This document shows positions 30,517 to 40,430 of a stretch of 64,000 bases of DNA, piece after piece (the stretch's first letter is position 1; each line of letters starts with the position of its first letter). The notes below the pieces were generated by a model. The model did no database searches, was not told where the DNA came from, and saw nothing but the letters and a program-made list of their open reading frames with translations. Origin of the DNA: Candidatus Multivoradales bacterium (GTDB taxonomy: Bacteria; Acidobacteriota; Thermoanaerobaculia; Multivoradales; JAHEKO01); assembly GCA_965223855.1 (NCBI GenBank), contig CBDCXM010000009.1, positions 704,001-768,000 of the forward strand. Direction: 5' to 3'. Position numbers and translations under genes: made by a program.

Positions 30517-33243
30517 ATGCAGACTCCGCATTCCAAGCTCCTGTCCGCCGCGAAACCGGCTCGCGGCGCCGCAACGCCCGTCCGTCTCGCCGCCGCCGTG
30601 CTGTTCGGCCTGCTGAGCGCGGCCTGCGACGTCTCGGACGGCGTCCCGCCCTCCGAGAGGTTTCTAGCCGAGCGCATGGCCGCGGCTCCTCCCTCCTCCC
30701 GCGTCGCCAGAGAGGCGGTCCTCACGCCGGTGCCTCTGCTTTCGTGGAACTTCGGCGTCGAGGCCGATCGACGCCCCTGGAAGGTGATCGGAGACGACAG
30801 CGTCGAGGAGACCGCGGGGGGCTTTCTTATCGAGTCGCGGTCCGGCGAGGGCCAGGGGCGGGTCCGCTTCCACCTGCCGCTGACGGTGCCGGCGACCCGG
30901 ATCGACACGATCACCTTCGCCTTCACCGGCGAGCAGACGCCGATGATGCGCCTCGACTGGGCGCGTGCCGACGAGCCCTGCCGCCTCGGACAGCTTCGAA
31001 CCCGGCAGCAGCTCACCGAGCCCGGGGAGCCGGCCGTCGTCCGCTTTTTCGTCGCCGACGATCCGGACTGGGACGATCGCGTCGAGCGCATCTGCCTCGC
31101 GATCCTCTCGTACGCCGTGCCCGCCGAGCTGCAGCGGGCGGCGCTGATTCAGGAGCGCCACCGCCCCGGCGAGCACGCGGGCGACGTCTCTTTCGCCCGC
31201 GTCCAGGTCGCCGGCGAAACACGCCCCGGTTGGGTCGGCTCCACGGCGACGACCCCGTCCTGGGAGGTCGAGGTGCCCGCGACGGGCAGGCTCGAGTTCG
31301 GCTTCGGCACCACCGCCCACTCTGCCGGCTCGGTCGAGGTCCGGGTGCGGGACCGCTCCGGCGAGCAGGAGGTGTTCGATGCCGACGTCGGATCGGCCGA
31401 CGGCCTGGCCGCCAACCGGTGGCACGATCGAACCCTCGACCTCGGTCGCTGGGCCGGCGGTTCGGTCGAGCTGCTCTTCGCCACCAGCAGGCAACAGGAC
31501 GCCCGGGGCCTGCTGTTGTGGAGCGAGCCGAAGATCTGGGTCGAGGCCGAGCGGTCACGACCCGACCTGCCGAACCTGGTGGTGGTGTCGATCGACACCC
31601 TGCGCCCCGACCACCTGCCGTTCTACGGCTACCCGACCGACACCGCGCCGAATCTCACCCGGTGGGCGAACGGCGCGGTGGTGTTCGAGAACGCCGTCTC
31701 TTCCTCTCCCTGGACCCTTCCGGCACATCTGTCGATGTTCACCGGCCTCGACGCTTTGCGTCACGGAGTCAACCATCGCGCCTCCGTCCCGGCGAGCCTC
31801 GATCTGCTCGCTCCGCGGCTCCAGGCGCTCGGATACGAGACCCTCGCGGTGACCGGCGGAGGCTACATGCACGCCGATCTCGGTCTGGACCGCGGTTTCG
31901 ATCGCTACCGCTCCTGGGCCGACCGCAAGGACTCCGCCCGCGAGATCGACAGCACGGTGGCGACCGCGCTGCGCTGGCTCGAGGAGAAGCCCGACCGGCC
32001 GATCTTCCTCCTCGTTCACACCTATGAGGTGCACCACCCGTTCCGCCAGCGGGAGCCGTACTTCAGTCGCTTCAGCGACATCGACCTCGCGGACACCGCG
32101 TCGCTCTCCTACCTGTCGAACGGCAAGACCGTCGGCCCGGACACCCTGCTGGCGAAATGGCCGACGATCCGGATGGAGGCGGGAGCCGCGAGAACCGACC
32201 TCCCCCGGGATCTCGTGCCCGCCTGGATCGCCGCCTACGACAGCGGCATCGCCCACGCGGACGATCGGCTCGGGCCGCTCTTCTCGAAGCTCGACGACGA
32301 CCTCTGGTCGGCCCGCACGGCCTCGGTGCTCATCTCGGACCACGGAGAGGCGCTCGGCGAGCACGGGCTCGCCAGCCACATGTACCTCGACGACTTCAAC
32401 GCCCTCGTTCCGCTGGTCGTCAAGCCGCCAGGCGCATCGGGCCGCGGCCACCGGGTGCCGGACCAGGTGCGCCTGGTCGATCTATTCCCGACGCTGCTGG
32501 AGCTCTCCGGTGCCGCGATACCCGACGGCCTCGACGGCGCGTCGCTGCTGCCGCTCGTTCGCGGCGAGCCGGACCCGGTCTCCGAACGACCCGCCTGGAC
32601 CTACGCCGCCTTCTCGCGCCGCGGCATGGCGCTGCGCCTCGACAACCGGTGGAAGTACCGCTTCAACAACAGCGCAGCACAGGAGCTCCTCGGTCGGGAG
32701 CAGCTCCACGATCTCGTCGCCGACCCGGACGAGACCGTCGATCTGGCTCCTTCGAGCGCCGAGACACCACGCCTGCGACGCCGCATGCTGCGCTATCTCA
32801 TGGAGCACGGCACCGGGGTCCGGTTGCGGTTGAGCAACCCCACCGAAGAGCCGATCGCGCTCGTCTTCGTCGGCCCCGATCTCCAGTTCGTGACGCTCAA
32901 GGCGGTACCGCAGGAGGGCGCCAGTCTCCATTGGTCCCATCACCTCCTGCGGGTCGATCTGGAGCCGGGGGGCCGACTCGCGCTGTTCGTCGAGCGCCTG
33001 CTGGAGGTCCGCCTCACCGCACGCATCCGTGGGGGGCCGGACGATCGCCGCCAGTGGGCGCTGGGGGACGACCAGCTGGGAGACGCGCTCGTCTGGGGCG
33101 GCGACGGCGTCGCCTGGTCATCCGATGTGGGATCGGGGGCGCCGATCCTCGAAATCGACCGCTTCGGCCCCAGCGCCGCCGCCGAGTCGGGAGATCAGAG
33201 CGTCCTTCAGCAACAGCTCGAAGCGCTGGGGTACCTCAATTGA
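30517..33243 (+). CDS. Sulfatase-like lipoprotein (paralog of 24028-26691)
   Basis: SAAC lipobox, SIDTLRPDH, WTLPAH, HTYEVH, SDHGE, C-terminal LEALGYLN. Confidence 0.85.
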   Translation: MQTPHSKLLSAAKPARGAATPVRLAAAVLFGLLSAACDVSDGVPPSERFLAERMAAAPPSSRVAREAVLTPVPLLSWNFGVEADRRPWKVIGDDSVEETAGGFLIESRSGEGQGRVRFHLPLTVPATRIDTITFAFTGEQTPMMRLDWARADEPCRLGQLRTRQQLTEPGEPAVVRFFVADDPDWDDRVERICLAILSYAVPAELQRAALIQERHRPGEHAGDVSFARVQVAGETRPGWVGSTATTPSWEVEVPATGRLEFGFGTTAHSAGSVEVRVRDRSGEQEVFDADVGSADGLAANRWHDRTLDLGRWAGGSVELLFATSRQQDARGLLLWSEPKIWVEAERSRPDLPNLVVVSIDTLRPDHLPFYGYPTDTAPNLTRWANGAVVFENAVSSSPWTLPAHLSMFTGLDALRHGVNHRASVPASLDLLAPRLQALGYETLAVTGGGYMHADLGLDRGFDRYRSWADRKDSAREIDSTVATALRWLEEKPDRPIFLLVHTYEVHHPFRQREPYFSRFSDIDLADTASLSYLSNGKTVGPDTLLAKWPTIRMEAGAARTDLPRDLVPAWIAAYDSGIAHADDRLGPLFSKLDDDLWSARTASVLISDHGEALGEHGLASHMYLDDFNALVPLVVKPPGASGRGHRVPDQVRLVDLFPTLLELSGAAIPDGLDGASLLPLVRGEPDPVSERPAWTYAAFSRRGMALRLDNRWKYRFNNSAAQELLGREQLHDLVADPDETVDLAPSSAETPRLRRRMLRYLMEHGTGVRLRLSNPTEEPIALVFVGPDLQFVTLKAVPQEGASLHWSHHLLRVDLEPGGRLALFVERLLEVRLTARIRGGPDDRRQWALGDDQLGDALVWGGDGVAWSSDVGSGAPILEIDRFGPSAAAESGDQSVLQQQLEALGYLN

Positions 33244-33248
33244 GCGGC

Positions 33249-33710
33249 ATGCCCTCTTCGCTCCGGCAGCGGCTCCTCCTGGGCACGGTGGCTCTCGCGG
33301 TAGGGGTCGGCGGCTACCGCACGGTGCGCGGATTCGAGCCGCGTTCGAGCGAGCCGCCCCTGAGCGAGCCCAGGGAGCTGCACTGGATCGCCCGCTACGA
33401 GCGCGCCGCGCCGGCGCTGCGTCACGATGAGCGCGCCCTCTTCCTTCATTCGCGTGAGAGCAAGGGCAAGACCCGCTTCTTCCGAGCGCAGCTGATCCTC
33501 ACGCCGACGCGGCTCGTACCGCGGTCGGACGTCACGCGGGTGCTGAACGAGGAGTGGCCGGAGATGCCGATCCTTCTCGATTTCCGCCGTCAGGACGAGT
33601 TCCGCAACGTCGCCGCGCTGCTGCGCAGTCGCGCGAAGGCGCTGCGGCTCGAGGTCGAGGTCGAGCACCTCGATCGCGGCCTGCTGCTGATGCGACGAGC
33701 GGCGCCGTGA
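33249..33710 (+). CDS. Small membrane-anchored hypothetical protein
   Basis: N-terminal TM, FFRAQLILTP motif; GTGA overlap with the next gene. Confidence 0.65.
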   Translation: MPSSLRQRLLLGTVALAVGVGGYRTVRGFEPRSSEPPLSEPRELHWIARYERAAPALRHDERALFLHSRESKGKTRFFRAQLILTPTRLVPRSDVTRVLNEEWPEMPILLDFRRQDEFRNVAALLRSRAKALRLEVEVEHLDRGLLLMRRAAP

Positions 33711-35077
33711 CGATCGTCCTGCCGCTCTTGATCGCCCTCTCGGGGGTTGCCGCGGTCGCCTGGTGCACGCGACCGCCGGATCGGGTGCCGCTCGCCGTAC
33801 TGTGGGGCCCGGCGATCGGCTTCGGCTGGATCTCTCTCCTCTTCTACAGCTGGCGACTCGCCGGTGGCGGCTCTTCGTTTTTTCCGTGGGTGCTGCTCGC
33901 CCTGACTCCCTTGCTCCTCTGGTGGTGTACCCGCCGGGCGCCTCTATCGCTACGGGAGCCGCGTCCCCCGACCGCGGCTCCGTCGCTTCTGAGCGGATGC
34001 GTGGCGTTGGTCGCCCTGGTCCTGGCGAGCCTCGAGCTCCACCAGGAGTACCTGCGACTGCCGCTCGGCACCTTCGACGCCAAAGCGATCTGGAACCCTC
34101 ACGCGCTCCTGCTCTACCGCGCGGAGGACGACCTCGCCGCGCGTTTCTCCACTCTCGTCTACGGCCACCCCAGCTACCCGCTGCTGCTGTGCGCCGGGTT
34201 GAGCGCACAGTTCGCCCTGCTCGGCGGCGACAATTTCCTGACTCCGGCGGTGCAGAGCTATCTGTTCACCGTCGTCACCGCCGGCGCGATCGTCGCCGCC
34301 CTCTACTGCCTCGGGGCCGGGCGCTGGGGAGCGTGGGCCGCGGCCCTCTATCTGTTGACGCCGGCGCTTCATCGCTGGGGGGTGTCGCAGTGCGCCGACA
34401 TCCCGCTGTCCTATCTGGTTGTCGTCGCCGCGACGAGTCTCGCCCTCTATCTGACCCGCGGCTCCCGCAGCGCCGGCGTCGGAGCGCTCGCCGGCCTCGC
34501 CACCGGCATGCTCCCGTGGACCAAGAACGAGGGCCTGCTCCTCGCCGGCATTCTCGCCCTCTCCTGGATGTTCGTGCGCTGGCGCTTCCTCGCCCCCGCC
34601 GATCGGCCGCGCCTTCGCCCGGTCGCCCTCGGGGTGATTCCCGGCCTCGCGAGCCTCGTTCTCTTCAAGGCTCTGTGGTCGCCGCGCGACGAGCTCGCCG
34701 ACTTCGCCGGCAGCGCGCTGCCGAACATCCTCGACCTCGAGCGCTGGAGAATCGTCACGGCAGCCTTCCGGCAGGAGCTCTCTCCCGTCGGCGGGCTGGC
34801 ACAATGGGGCATCGTCTGGATCATGCTCGTCGGCGTCGCGCTGGCGGTCCGGTCCGCCTGGCGGGGCAACGCCGCGGTTTCCTTCCTCGGGATCGTCAGC
34901 GCGCTCGTTCTCCTCACCTGGTTCGGCGTCTACCTCGGAACGCTCCACGACCCGCAATGGCACCTCGACACGTCCTTCCGCCGGCTGCTGTTGCAACTGC
35001 TCCCGGTTGCGCTCGTCGCCGTCTTCGCCGCAGCGGGCCGCTCCATCGGCTCGCCGACCACCGCCGGGCGCTCATGA
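33707..35077 (+). CDS. GT-C-fold (ArnT/PMT-like) membrane glycosyltransferase
   Basis: FDAKAIW, HPSYPLL, ADIPL, WTKNEG; many TMs. Confidence 0.72.
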   Translation: MTIVLPLLIALSGVAAVAWCTRPPDRVPLAVLWGPAIGFGWISLLFYSWRLAGGGSSFFPWVLLALTPLLLWWCTRRAPLSLREPRPPTAAPSLLSGCVALVALVLASLELHQEYLRLPLGTFDAKAIWNPHALLLYRAEDDLAARFSTLVYGHPSYPLLLCAGLSAQFALLGGDNFLTPAVQSYLFTVVTAGAIVAALYCLGAGRWGAWAAALYLLTPALHRWGVSQCADIPLSYLVVVAATSLALYLTRGSRSAGVGALAGLATGMLPWTKNEGLLLAGILALSWMFVRWRFLAPADRPRLRPVALGVIPGLASLVLFKALWSPRDELADFAGSALPNILDLERWRIVTAAFRQELSPVGGLAQWGIVWIMLVGVALAVRSAWRGNAAVSFLGIVSALVLLTWFGVYLGTLHDPQWHLDTSFRRLLLQLLPVALVAVFAAAGRSIGSPTTAGRS

Positions 35078-36539
35078 CGGCCGCGCCGGCAGCGCTCCTG
35101 GGGCTCGCGCTTTTCGTCGGCGCCGTGGCGCTCGAAGGCCAGGTTCCGGAGCCGGTAGACCCTCCTTCCGAAACCGCAAACGAGGCTCGCGTTGCCGGCG
35201 AGAGCGCCGCCGAGGGGGGCGCTGCCGAAGCGGCCACCGGCGAGGCTCCCGCCACCGAGGCTGCGAAGGGATTCCAGCCGGTCGAGGCTTCGCTGGCAAT
35301 CGTCGCGGAGGTGGGGGCCCCGCTCACCGGCGGCGATCCGAAGCGGATCGTGACCAATCTCGGCCTGCCGGTGACCGACGCGCTCGGCCGACTCTCCTTC
35401 ACCGGCACCTGGGCCCCGGTGGCGGAGGACGGCACCCCCACAGCCGTGGAGGAGGGCTTTGTGTGGCAGAACGGTGCCGTGACCTGGCGGCACGGCGACG
35501 CTCCCGAGGCAAAGCTGCTGGGAACCTCCCCGCAGATGGGCAGCTCCGAGCCGGGCCGCTTTCTGTTCCGCACTCAGATCGACGGTGAGGCGGGTCTGTG
35601 GTCACAGGAGGGGAGGGTGCTGCGCAACGGCGAGCCGGCCCCCGGCTTCGGACCCGACTCCAGGGTGCTCTTTCTTCGCCGGCCCAGGGTGATCCCCTCG
35701 GGCGACGCCTACTGGATCGCCGAGGTGCGCGACCGCAAGGGCCCCCGAGGAAAGGTGCGGGCGCTCTTTCGCCGCAGCGCCTCCGGCACGACCGCGGTCC
35801 TGCTGCGCTCGGACGACGCGCTCGGCGACGCCGTGGTCGATCGGCCCCGCGGGCTCGACCTCGCCTACGACGTCAGTCCGAGCGGCAGCCATTGGGCCCA
35901 GGTCGCCTACCTGACGAAGGAGGATGGCAAGTCGCGGCAGGTGGTGGTCGTCGACGGCGTGGCGGCGCTGTGGCAGGGCGACGCGACAGGAGACCTCGAC
36001 CGGCAGATCTGGGGGCGGTTCCACAGTGTGAGCATCGACGATGCCGGGCGCACCCTGGTGAGCGCTTCGACCTCCGGCTCGCCTGTCGACTCGGTCGTCG
36101 CGCTCGACGGCAGGGTGCTGATGAGGGAAGGAGAGCAGGTCGCCGGCCGCACCCTGCGCCCGCCCGCCAAGGGGTTGGCGATCTCCTCACGGACGGGCGG
36201 GCGAGCGACGATCGTCTGGTCGGTCGGCGGCATGGGTGAGGAGCTGGTTTCGACCTGTGCGATGTCGAGGACCCGGCGACCGCCACGCTGGTCCTCGAGT
36301 CGCGCACTCGCATCGACCTGGACGGCGACGGCGCGGTCGACGGCTCGATCGAGCGCCTCGCCGATCTGGGGCACGGCGACCCGTTGGCAGCGATCACCGA
36401 CACCCACCTCTTTCTCGCCGTGCAGCTCGATCGCGCCGACGCAGCCGGCATGCACGAGGCGATCGTCTCCTTACCGCTGCCTGCCTGCCCTCCCGAGGAG
36501 GACGGTGCAGCGCCACCGCAGAGCACGACACCGGGTTGA
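35074..36539 (+). CDS. Secreted repeat (propeller-like) protein, frameshifted near 36260
   Basis: Signal peptide from ATG 35074; after ~36260 the -1 frame continues DVEDPATATLV...EAIVSLPLPAC, matching the paralog's C-terminus DAIVEIDLPSCD. Confidence 0.65.
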
Positions 36540-37820
36540 GTGCACCTACGGCAAGACGTTGCGCACTCCTGATCGCGCTGGCGATCGCCGCGTTGCCGGC
36601 GACCGTCGGAGAGAACCGATGCCGGTCCGCCCGAGCGGGCTGGCAACGCGGCTCGATCCGATCACTTCCGAGTGCTCTTCCGTGCCGGACAACGTCTCCC
36701 CGGCGCCCAACTGCCGATCGCGAGTCTCGGACTGCCGACGAGCGACGGCGACGGCCGTTTCGCCTTCACCGGTCTGCTCGCGGACGGCGACGGCTTCGTC
36801 TGGCGCGACGGCTCGCTGCGATGGCTCAACAGCTCGGCCCCTCCGCCCGCACCGACGGGCGCCGCTCCATCGATGGGGCTCGGAGACGCGGACCAGTTCG
36901 TCTTCAGAACACAGCTGCAGGGAGCGGACACGCTGTGGTCGGGTTCGGGCCCGCTCCTCAGCGCCGGAGATCCGGCGCCCGGGATCGCCGGCGCCACCAT
37001 CGACTTCAACCGGCGCCCGACGATGGCCCCCGACGGCACGGCCTTCTGGCTCTCCGGTTATACCGCCACGGCCACCGGCGCCCTCGGGCGGGCGCTCTAC
37101 GCCAGCCCCGGCACCGACCCGGGCACGATCGTTCCGCTACTGCGCTCCGGAGATCTGGTCGACGGTGTTCCGATCGCCGGCAATCTCGGTCTGGCTCTCG
37201 GTTTCCGCGTGTCCCGCAATCTCGCCCATCTCATCCATGCCATCCGGCTCGCCACCGGCGGTGCAGGCGTCGAAGAGGCGATCTACGTCGACGGAACGAT
37301 CGCCGCGCGTGAGGGGGACAAGGCAGGCCCCGGCGAACACTGGACGCGATTCTTCGAGGTGACGATCAACAACAACGGCGACTACCTCTTCAGCGCCTCG
37401 ACCGATGCCGACGACGACAGCGATCAGGTTCTCGCCCACAACGGCGAGGTGGTCCTGCGAGAGGGCGATCGGGTCGACGGGTTCCTGCTGACTCCGGGCG
37501 CGCGCGTTCTGAGCGTCGATCTCGACGACGACGGGCGAGTCGCCCATCTGTGGCTGACCGACAACTTCGGCCCGGAGCATCTCTTCTTCGCCTGCTCCGT
37601 CGACGAGATTCACCAGTCGGTGCGCCTCTTCTCCGCCGCCCGCAACACCCTGAGCGTGCGCCCGTTCGTGCGCTTCGCCGACATCGCCTTCGGCCCCGCC
37701 CTGTGGCTCGCGACCGGTTCCGATCGGCTGTGGGTGCAGGTCGAGGTCGGCAAGCGCACACCGGACGGCTTCGTCCTGGTGGACGCGATCGTCGAGATCG
37801 ACCTGCCGAGCTGCGACTAG
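36536..37820 (+). CDS. Secreted repeat (propeller-like) protein, paralog; apparent frameshift near 36610
   Basis: Signal peptide MSAPTARRCALLIALAIAALPA from TTG 36536 is in a different frame from the body (36672-37820), which has LLSAGDPAPG, LLRSGD, REGD and INNNG repeats. Confidence 0.65.
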
Positions 37821-37999
37821 CCTGCATGATTCATGAGATCCCGTCGCGAAAGGTCGAGGTGTCCGTCAGATCGGGCCACTCGCAGCGACGAGCCCCGCAG
37901 GCGTACTTGCAGCACGTCGAGGAGGCGAGGAGCGAGGACGGCCCGAGATGGCGGGCAAATCGACCTTGCAGCAGGGAACTCGTGAATTATGCAGGCTAG
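37817..37999. mobile_element. 183-bp MITE-like element, family B copy 2
   Basis: Inverted copy of 17075-17257, bounded by CTAG. Confidence 0.88.
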
Positions 38000-38008
38000 C
38001 TCGGCCCG

Positions 38009-38599
38009 CTACTCGGTTGCGGACGCCGGCTCGGCGGTGACACGGCGCGCCGTCTCGACGATGACCGGCTCGACCGGGACGTCCGACATCCGCCCGACCC
38101 GCTGTGTCGGCACGGCGGCGATCGCGTCGATCACCTCCATCCCTTCGACCACGTGGGCGAAGACCGTGTAGCCCCAACCGTCATAGCTCGGCGGATCGAG
38201 CTGTGTGTTGTCGACCACGTTGACGAAGAACTGCGAGGTCGCGCTGTGCGGCGCCTGGGTGCGAGCCAGCGCGACGCTGCCGCGCACGTTGCTCAGCCCG
38301 TTCGCCGCCTCGTTCTCGACCCCGGCGCCGGTCGCCTTCTTGTCCATCTTGGTGTCGAAGCCGCCCGTCTGGACCATGAAGTCGGCGATCACGCGATGAA
38401 AGACCGTGCCGTCGTAGAAGCCGTCGTCGACGTATCCGAGGATGTTGGCGACCGACTTCGGCGCCTTGTCGGCCTCGAGCTCGATCACGAAGCGGCCCAT
38501 CGACGTTTCGAAGGCGACACGCGGATTCGCATCCTTGGCGACCGCGGCCGCCGCGAAGAGCAGCAGGAAGACCATCGTCAGGGTGGGCTTTCGGTTCAT
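38009..38599 (-). CDS. ppiA: Periplasmic cyclophilin-type peptidyl-prolyl isomerase
   Basis: Signal peptide, FYDGTVFHRVI, MVQTGG, SATSQFFVN, GYTVF. Confidence 0.9.
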   Translation of the reverse strand: MNRKPTLTMVFLLLFAAAAVAKDANPRVAFETSMGRFVIELEADKAPKSVANILGYVDDGFYDGTVFHRVIADFMVQTGGFDTKMDKKATGAGVENEAANGLSNVRGSVALARTQAPHSATSQFFVNVVDNTQLDPPSYDGWGYTVFAHVVEGMEVIDAIAAVPTQRVGRMSDVPVEPVIVETARRVTAEPASATE

Positions 38600-38931
38600 C
38601 ACGGCTTCTCCTCGGGTTCGTCGCCGGCCCGCTTCGCGAGCTGGCGCAGGAAGTCGAAACGGTAGATCCCCGTGGCATGACCGTCCGACCACTGGATCGA
38701 GATCGCGTAGTTGCCGACCGGAGTGATGGTCAGCGCTTCGACGCCCTGGCTCGGGGCGTGGAAGCTCACCTCTTCGGCCCAGTGGCCCTGACAGCCGGCG
38801 CACGGACAGTAGCCGCGCAGGGTCCGGTAATCGAGCTCGGCATCGAAGCCGTCCGCCCACCCCAGGTGGAGCGAAGATCGCTCGGGCTGCCGGCGCACTT
38901 CGGTGAGGACAGGTTCTGTGCTCATCGCCAT
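38599..38931 (-). CDS. DUF971 / GBBH-like N-terminal domain protein
   Basis: LRGYCPCAGC, VGNYAI, WSDGHATGIY. Confidence 0.88.
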   Translation of the reverse strand: MAMSTEPVLTEVRRQPERSSLHLGWADGFDAELDYRTLRGYCPCAGCQGHWAEEVSFHAPSQGVEALTITPVGNYAISIQWSDGHATGIYRFDFLRQLAKRAGDEPEEKP

Positions 38932-38968
38932 CGCTCTGCGTCCCGAGCCCGCGCCCGGGAGGCGAATG

Positions 38969-39313
38969 CTACCCCACGAGGGAAGTCGGAGGAGGAGGGT
39001 CGACCGTGCCGGCTGGCGTCCACGGTCCGCAACGCAGGATCCTCCACACCGCCCTCAGGCCGCCCCCGAGGGCGCCATGGCTTTCCAGCACGGCGAGCCC
39101 GTAGTGGCTGCAGGTCGGCTCGAAGCGGCACTCGACGCCACTCGACGCGAGCCACGGCGAAAGGGTCCGCTGATAGAGCCTGACACCGGCGACCAGGGTG
39201 CGGCCGCTCCACTGCCGTTCAGGAGCGGCCCCCAGGTCGAGGCCGGCGAGAAAGCCGGCGACCACGACCGCGATCGCCAGCCCTCTCCTGCGCGACCTCC
39301 CGGCGGGGCTCAA
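38969..39313 (-). CDS. yidD: Membrane protein insertion efficiency factor
   Basis: LYQRTLSP, CRFEPTCSHY, RILRCGPW..G..DP. Confidence 0.85.
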   Translation of the reverse strand: MSPAGRSRRRGLAIAVVVAGFLAGLDLGAAPERQWSGRTLVAGVRLYQRTLSPWLASSGVECRFEPTCSHYGLAVLESHGALGGGLRAVWRILRCGPWTPAGTVDPPPPTSLVG

Positions 39314-39353
39314 GGCGCTCCCACCGGCAAGGCCGCGACGCGCGGAAGGCGCG

Positions 39354-39731
39354 TCAGAACTTGTCGGCGTACTGGCTGATGCCGGGAATCATGACGCGCT
39401 CGCCGTTGAGCGCCTTGACGATGCAGTAGATGTGCAGCGCCAGGCCGGCGAGAGGAATCAGGAGACCGAGGATCGCCACGGCGCATCCGAGCACCGGCAC
39501 CATCGAGACGATCGAGAAGACGATGCTCAATGCGATCCACATCACCAGCAGCACGATGCCGTGCTTGGCGTGCCACTGGACTTCGGCGTCGTCCTTCTCG
39601 ACCAGCAGCGGTACCAGGGCGAGGATGCCCAGGTACGACAGGATCAACATCAGGGTCCTGTTGGACGAGCCGCCTTCGGGGGCGGCGGGTGCCGGCTCGC
39701 TCGGCGGCGGCGGCGGGGTCGGTTCGCTCAT
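39354..39731 (-). CDS. DUF4870-like small membrane protein
   Basis: LSYLG, EKDD..VQWHAK, three TMs, KALNGE...IP. Confidence 0.8.
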   Translation of the reverse strand: MSEPTPPPPPSEPAPAAPEGGSSNRTLMLILSYLGILALVPLLVEKDDAEVQWHAKHGIVLLVMWIALSIVFSIVSMVPVLGCAVAILGLLIPLAGLALHIYCIVKALNGERVMIPGISQYADKF

Positions 39732-39839
39732 TCCACGCTCTCCTTGTCGAACAACGACCGCAGGGTGCTTCGCGGTATTGGGTTGATGGGGTCATGCTAG
39801 CAGCTTGCCCGGAAAGAGGCGCACGGCCGCGGGTGGCCG

Positions 39840-40430
39840 TTACAACAGCATCACGCCGAGAGCTCGCAGCCGCTCGCGAGTGGCCGGCAGTCGCGACGGT
39901 GCGACCCTCAGCACGCAGCGCACCCGCTCCTCGAAGATCGTCTCGCCGACTTCGATCGCAGGCGGGGTGACGAGTCGCTCGACCGCCCCCCAGGTGGCAT
40001 AGTCGACCGTCAGGCGAAGCTCCTCGTAGCGCCAGCGACGCGCGACCTCGAGCGCGGCCAACGCCTCGCGCACGGCACCGCCGTAGGCACGAACGAGACC
40101 GCCCCTGCCGAGCTTCGTGCCGCCGAACCAGCGCGCGACGACAGCGCTCACGTCCGACACTCCGGCCCCGACCAGCGCCTGGAGAATCGGCGCTCCGGCG
40201 GTGCCGCTCGGCTCCCCGTCGTCGCTCGAGCGCTCCCGTGGCGGGTCACCGAGCCGCCACGCCCAGCAATGATGGGTCGCCGCCGGGTGCTGCTCGCGCC
40301 GGCGATCGAGGTGGGCGCGAGCCTCCTCTTCGCTCCGCACCGGCTCCAGCCAGGCGACGAAGCGCGAGCCGCGATCGACGAGCCCACCCTCGGCCGCGCC
40401 GCCGGCGATCGGGTAGCTGTCGTCAGTCAC
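39840..40430 (-). CDS. yigZ: YigZ/IMPACT family protein
   Basis: SRFVA, ATHHCWA, DDGEPSGTAG, RWFGGTKLGRGGLVRAY. Confidence 0.9.
   Translation of the reverse strand: MTDDSYPIAGGAAEGGLVDRGSRFVAWLEPVRSEEEARAHLDRRREQHPAATHHCWAWRLGDPPRERSSDDGEPSGTAGAPILQALVGAGVSDVSAVVARWFGGTKLGRGGLVRAYGGAVREALAALEVARRWRYEELRLTVDYATWGAVERLVTPPAIEVGETIFEERVRCVLRVAPSRLPATRERLRALGVMLL

Noticed and set aside
33763-37362. 1199-aa plus-strand ORF
   Set aside because: Chimera of off-frame sequence and the real 35074-~36260 segment
38969-39313. yidD outside the rnpA-yidD-yidC cluster
   Set aside because: Orphan yidD copies are common and not informative alone
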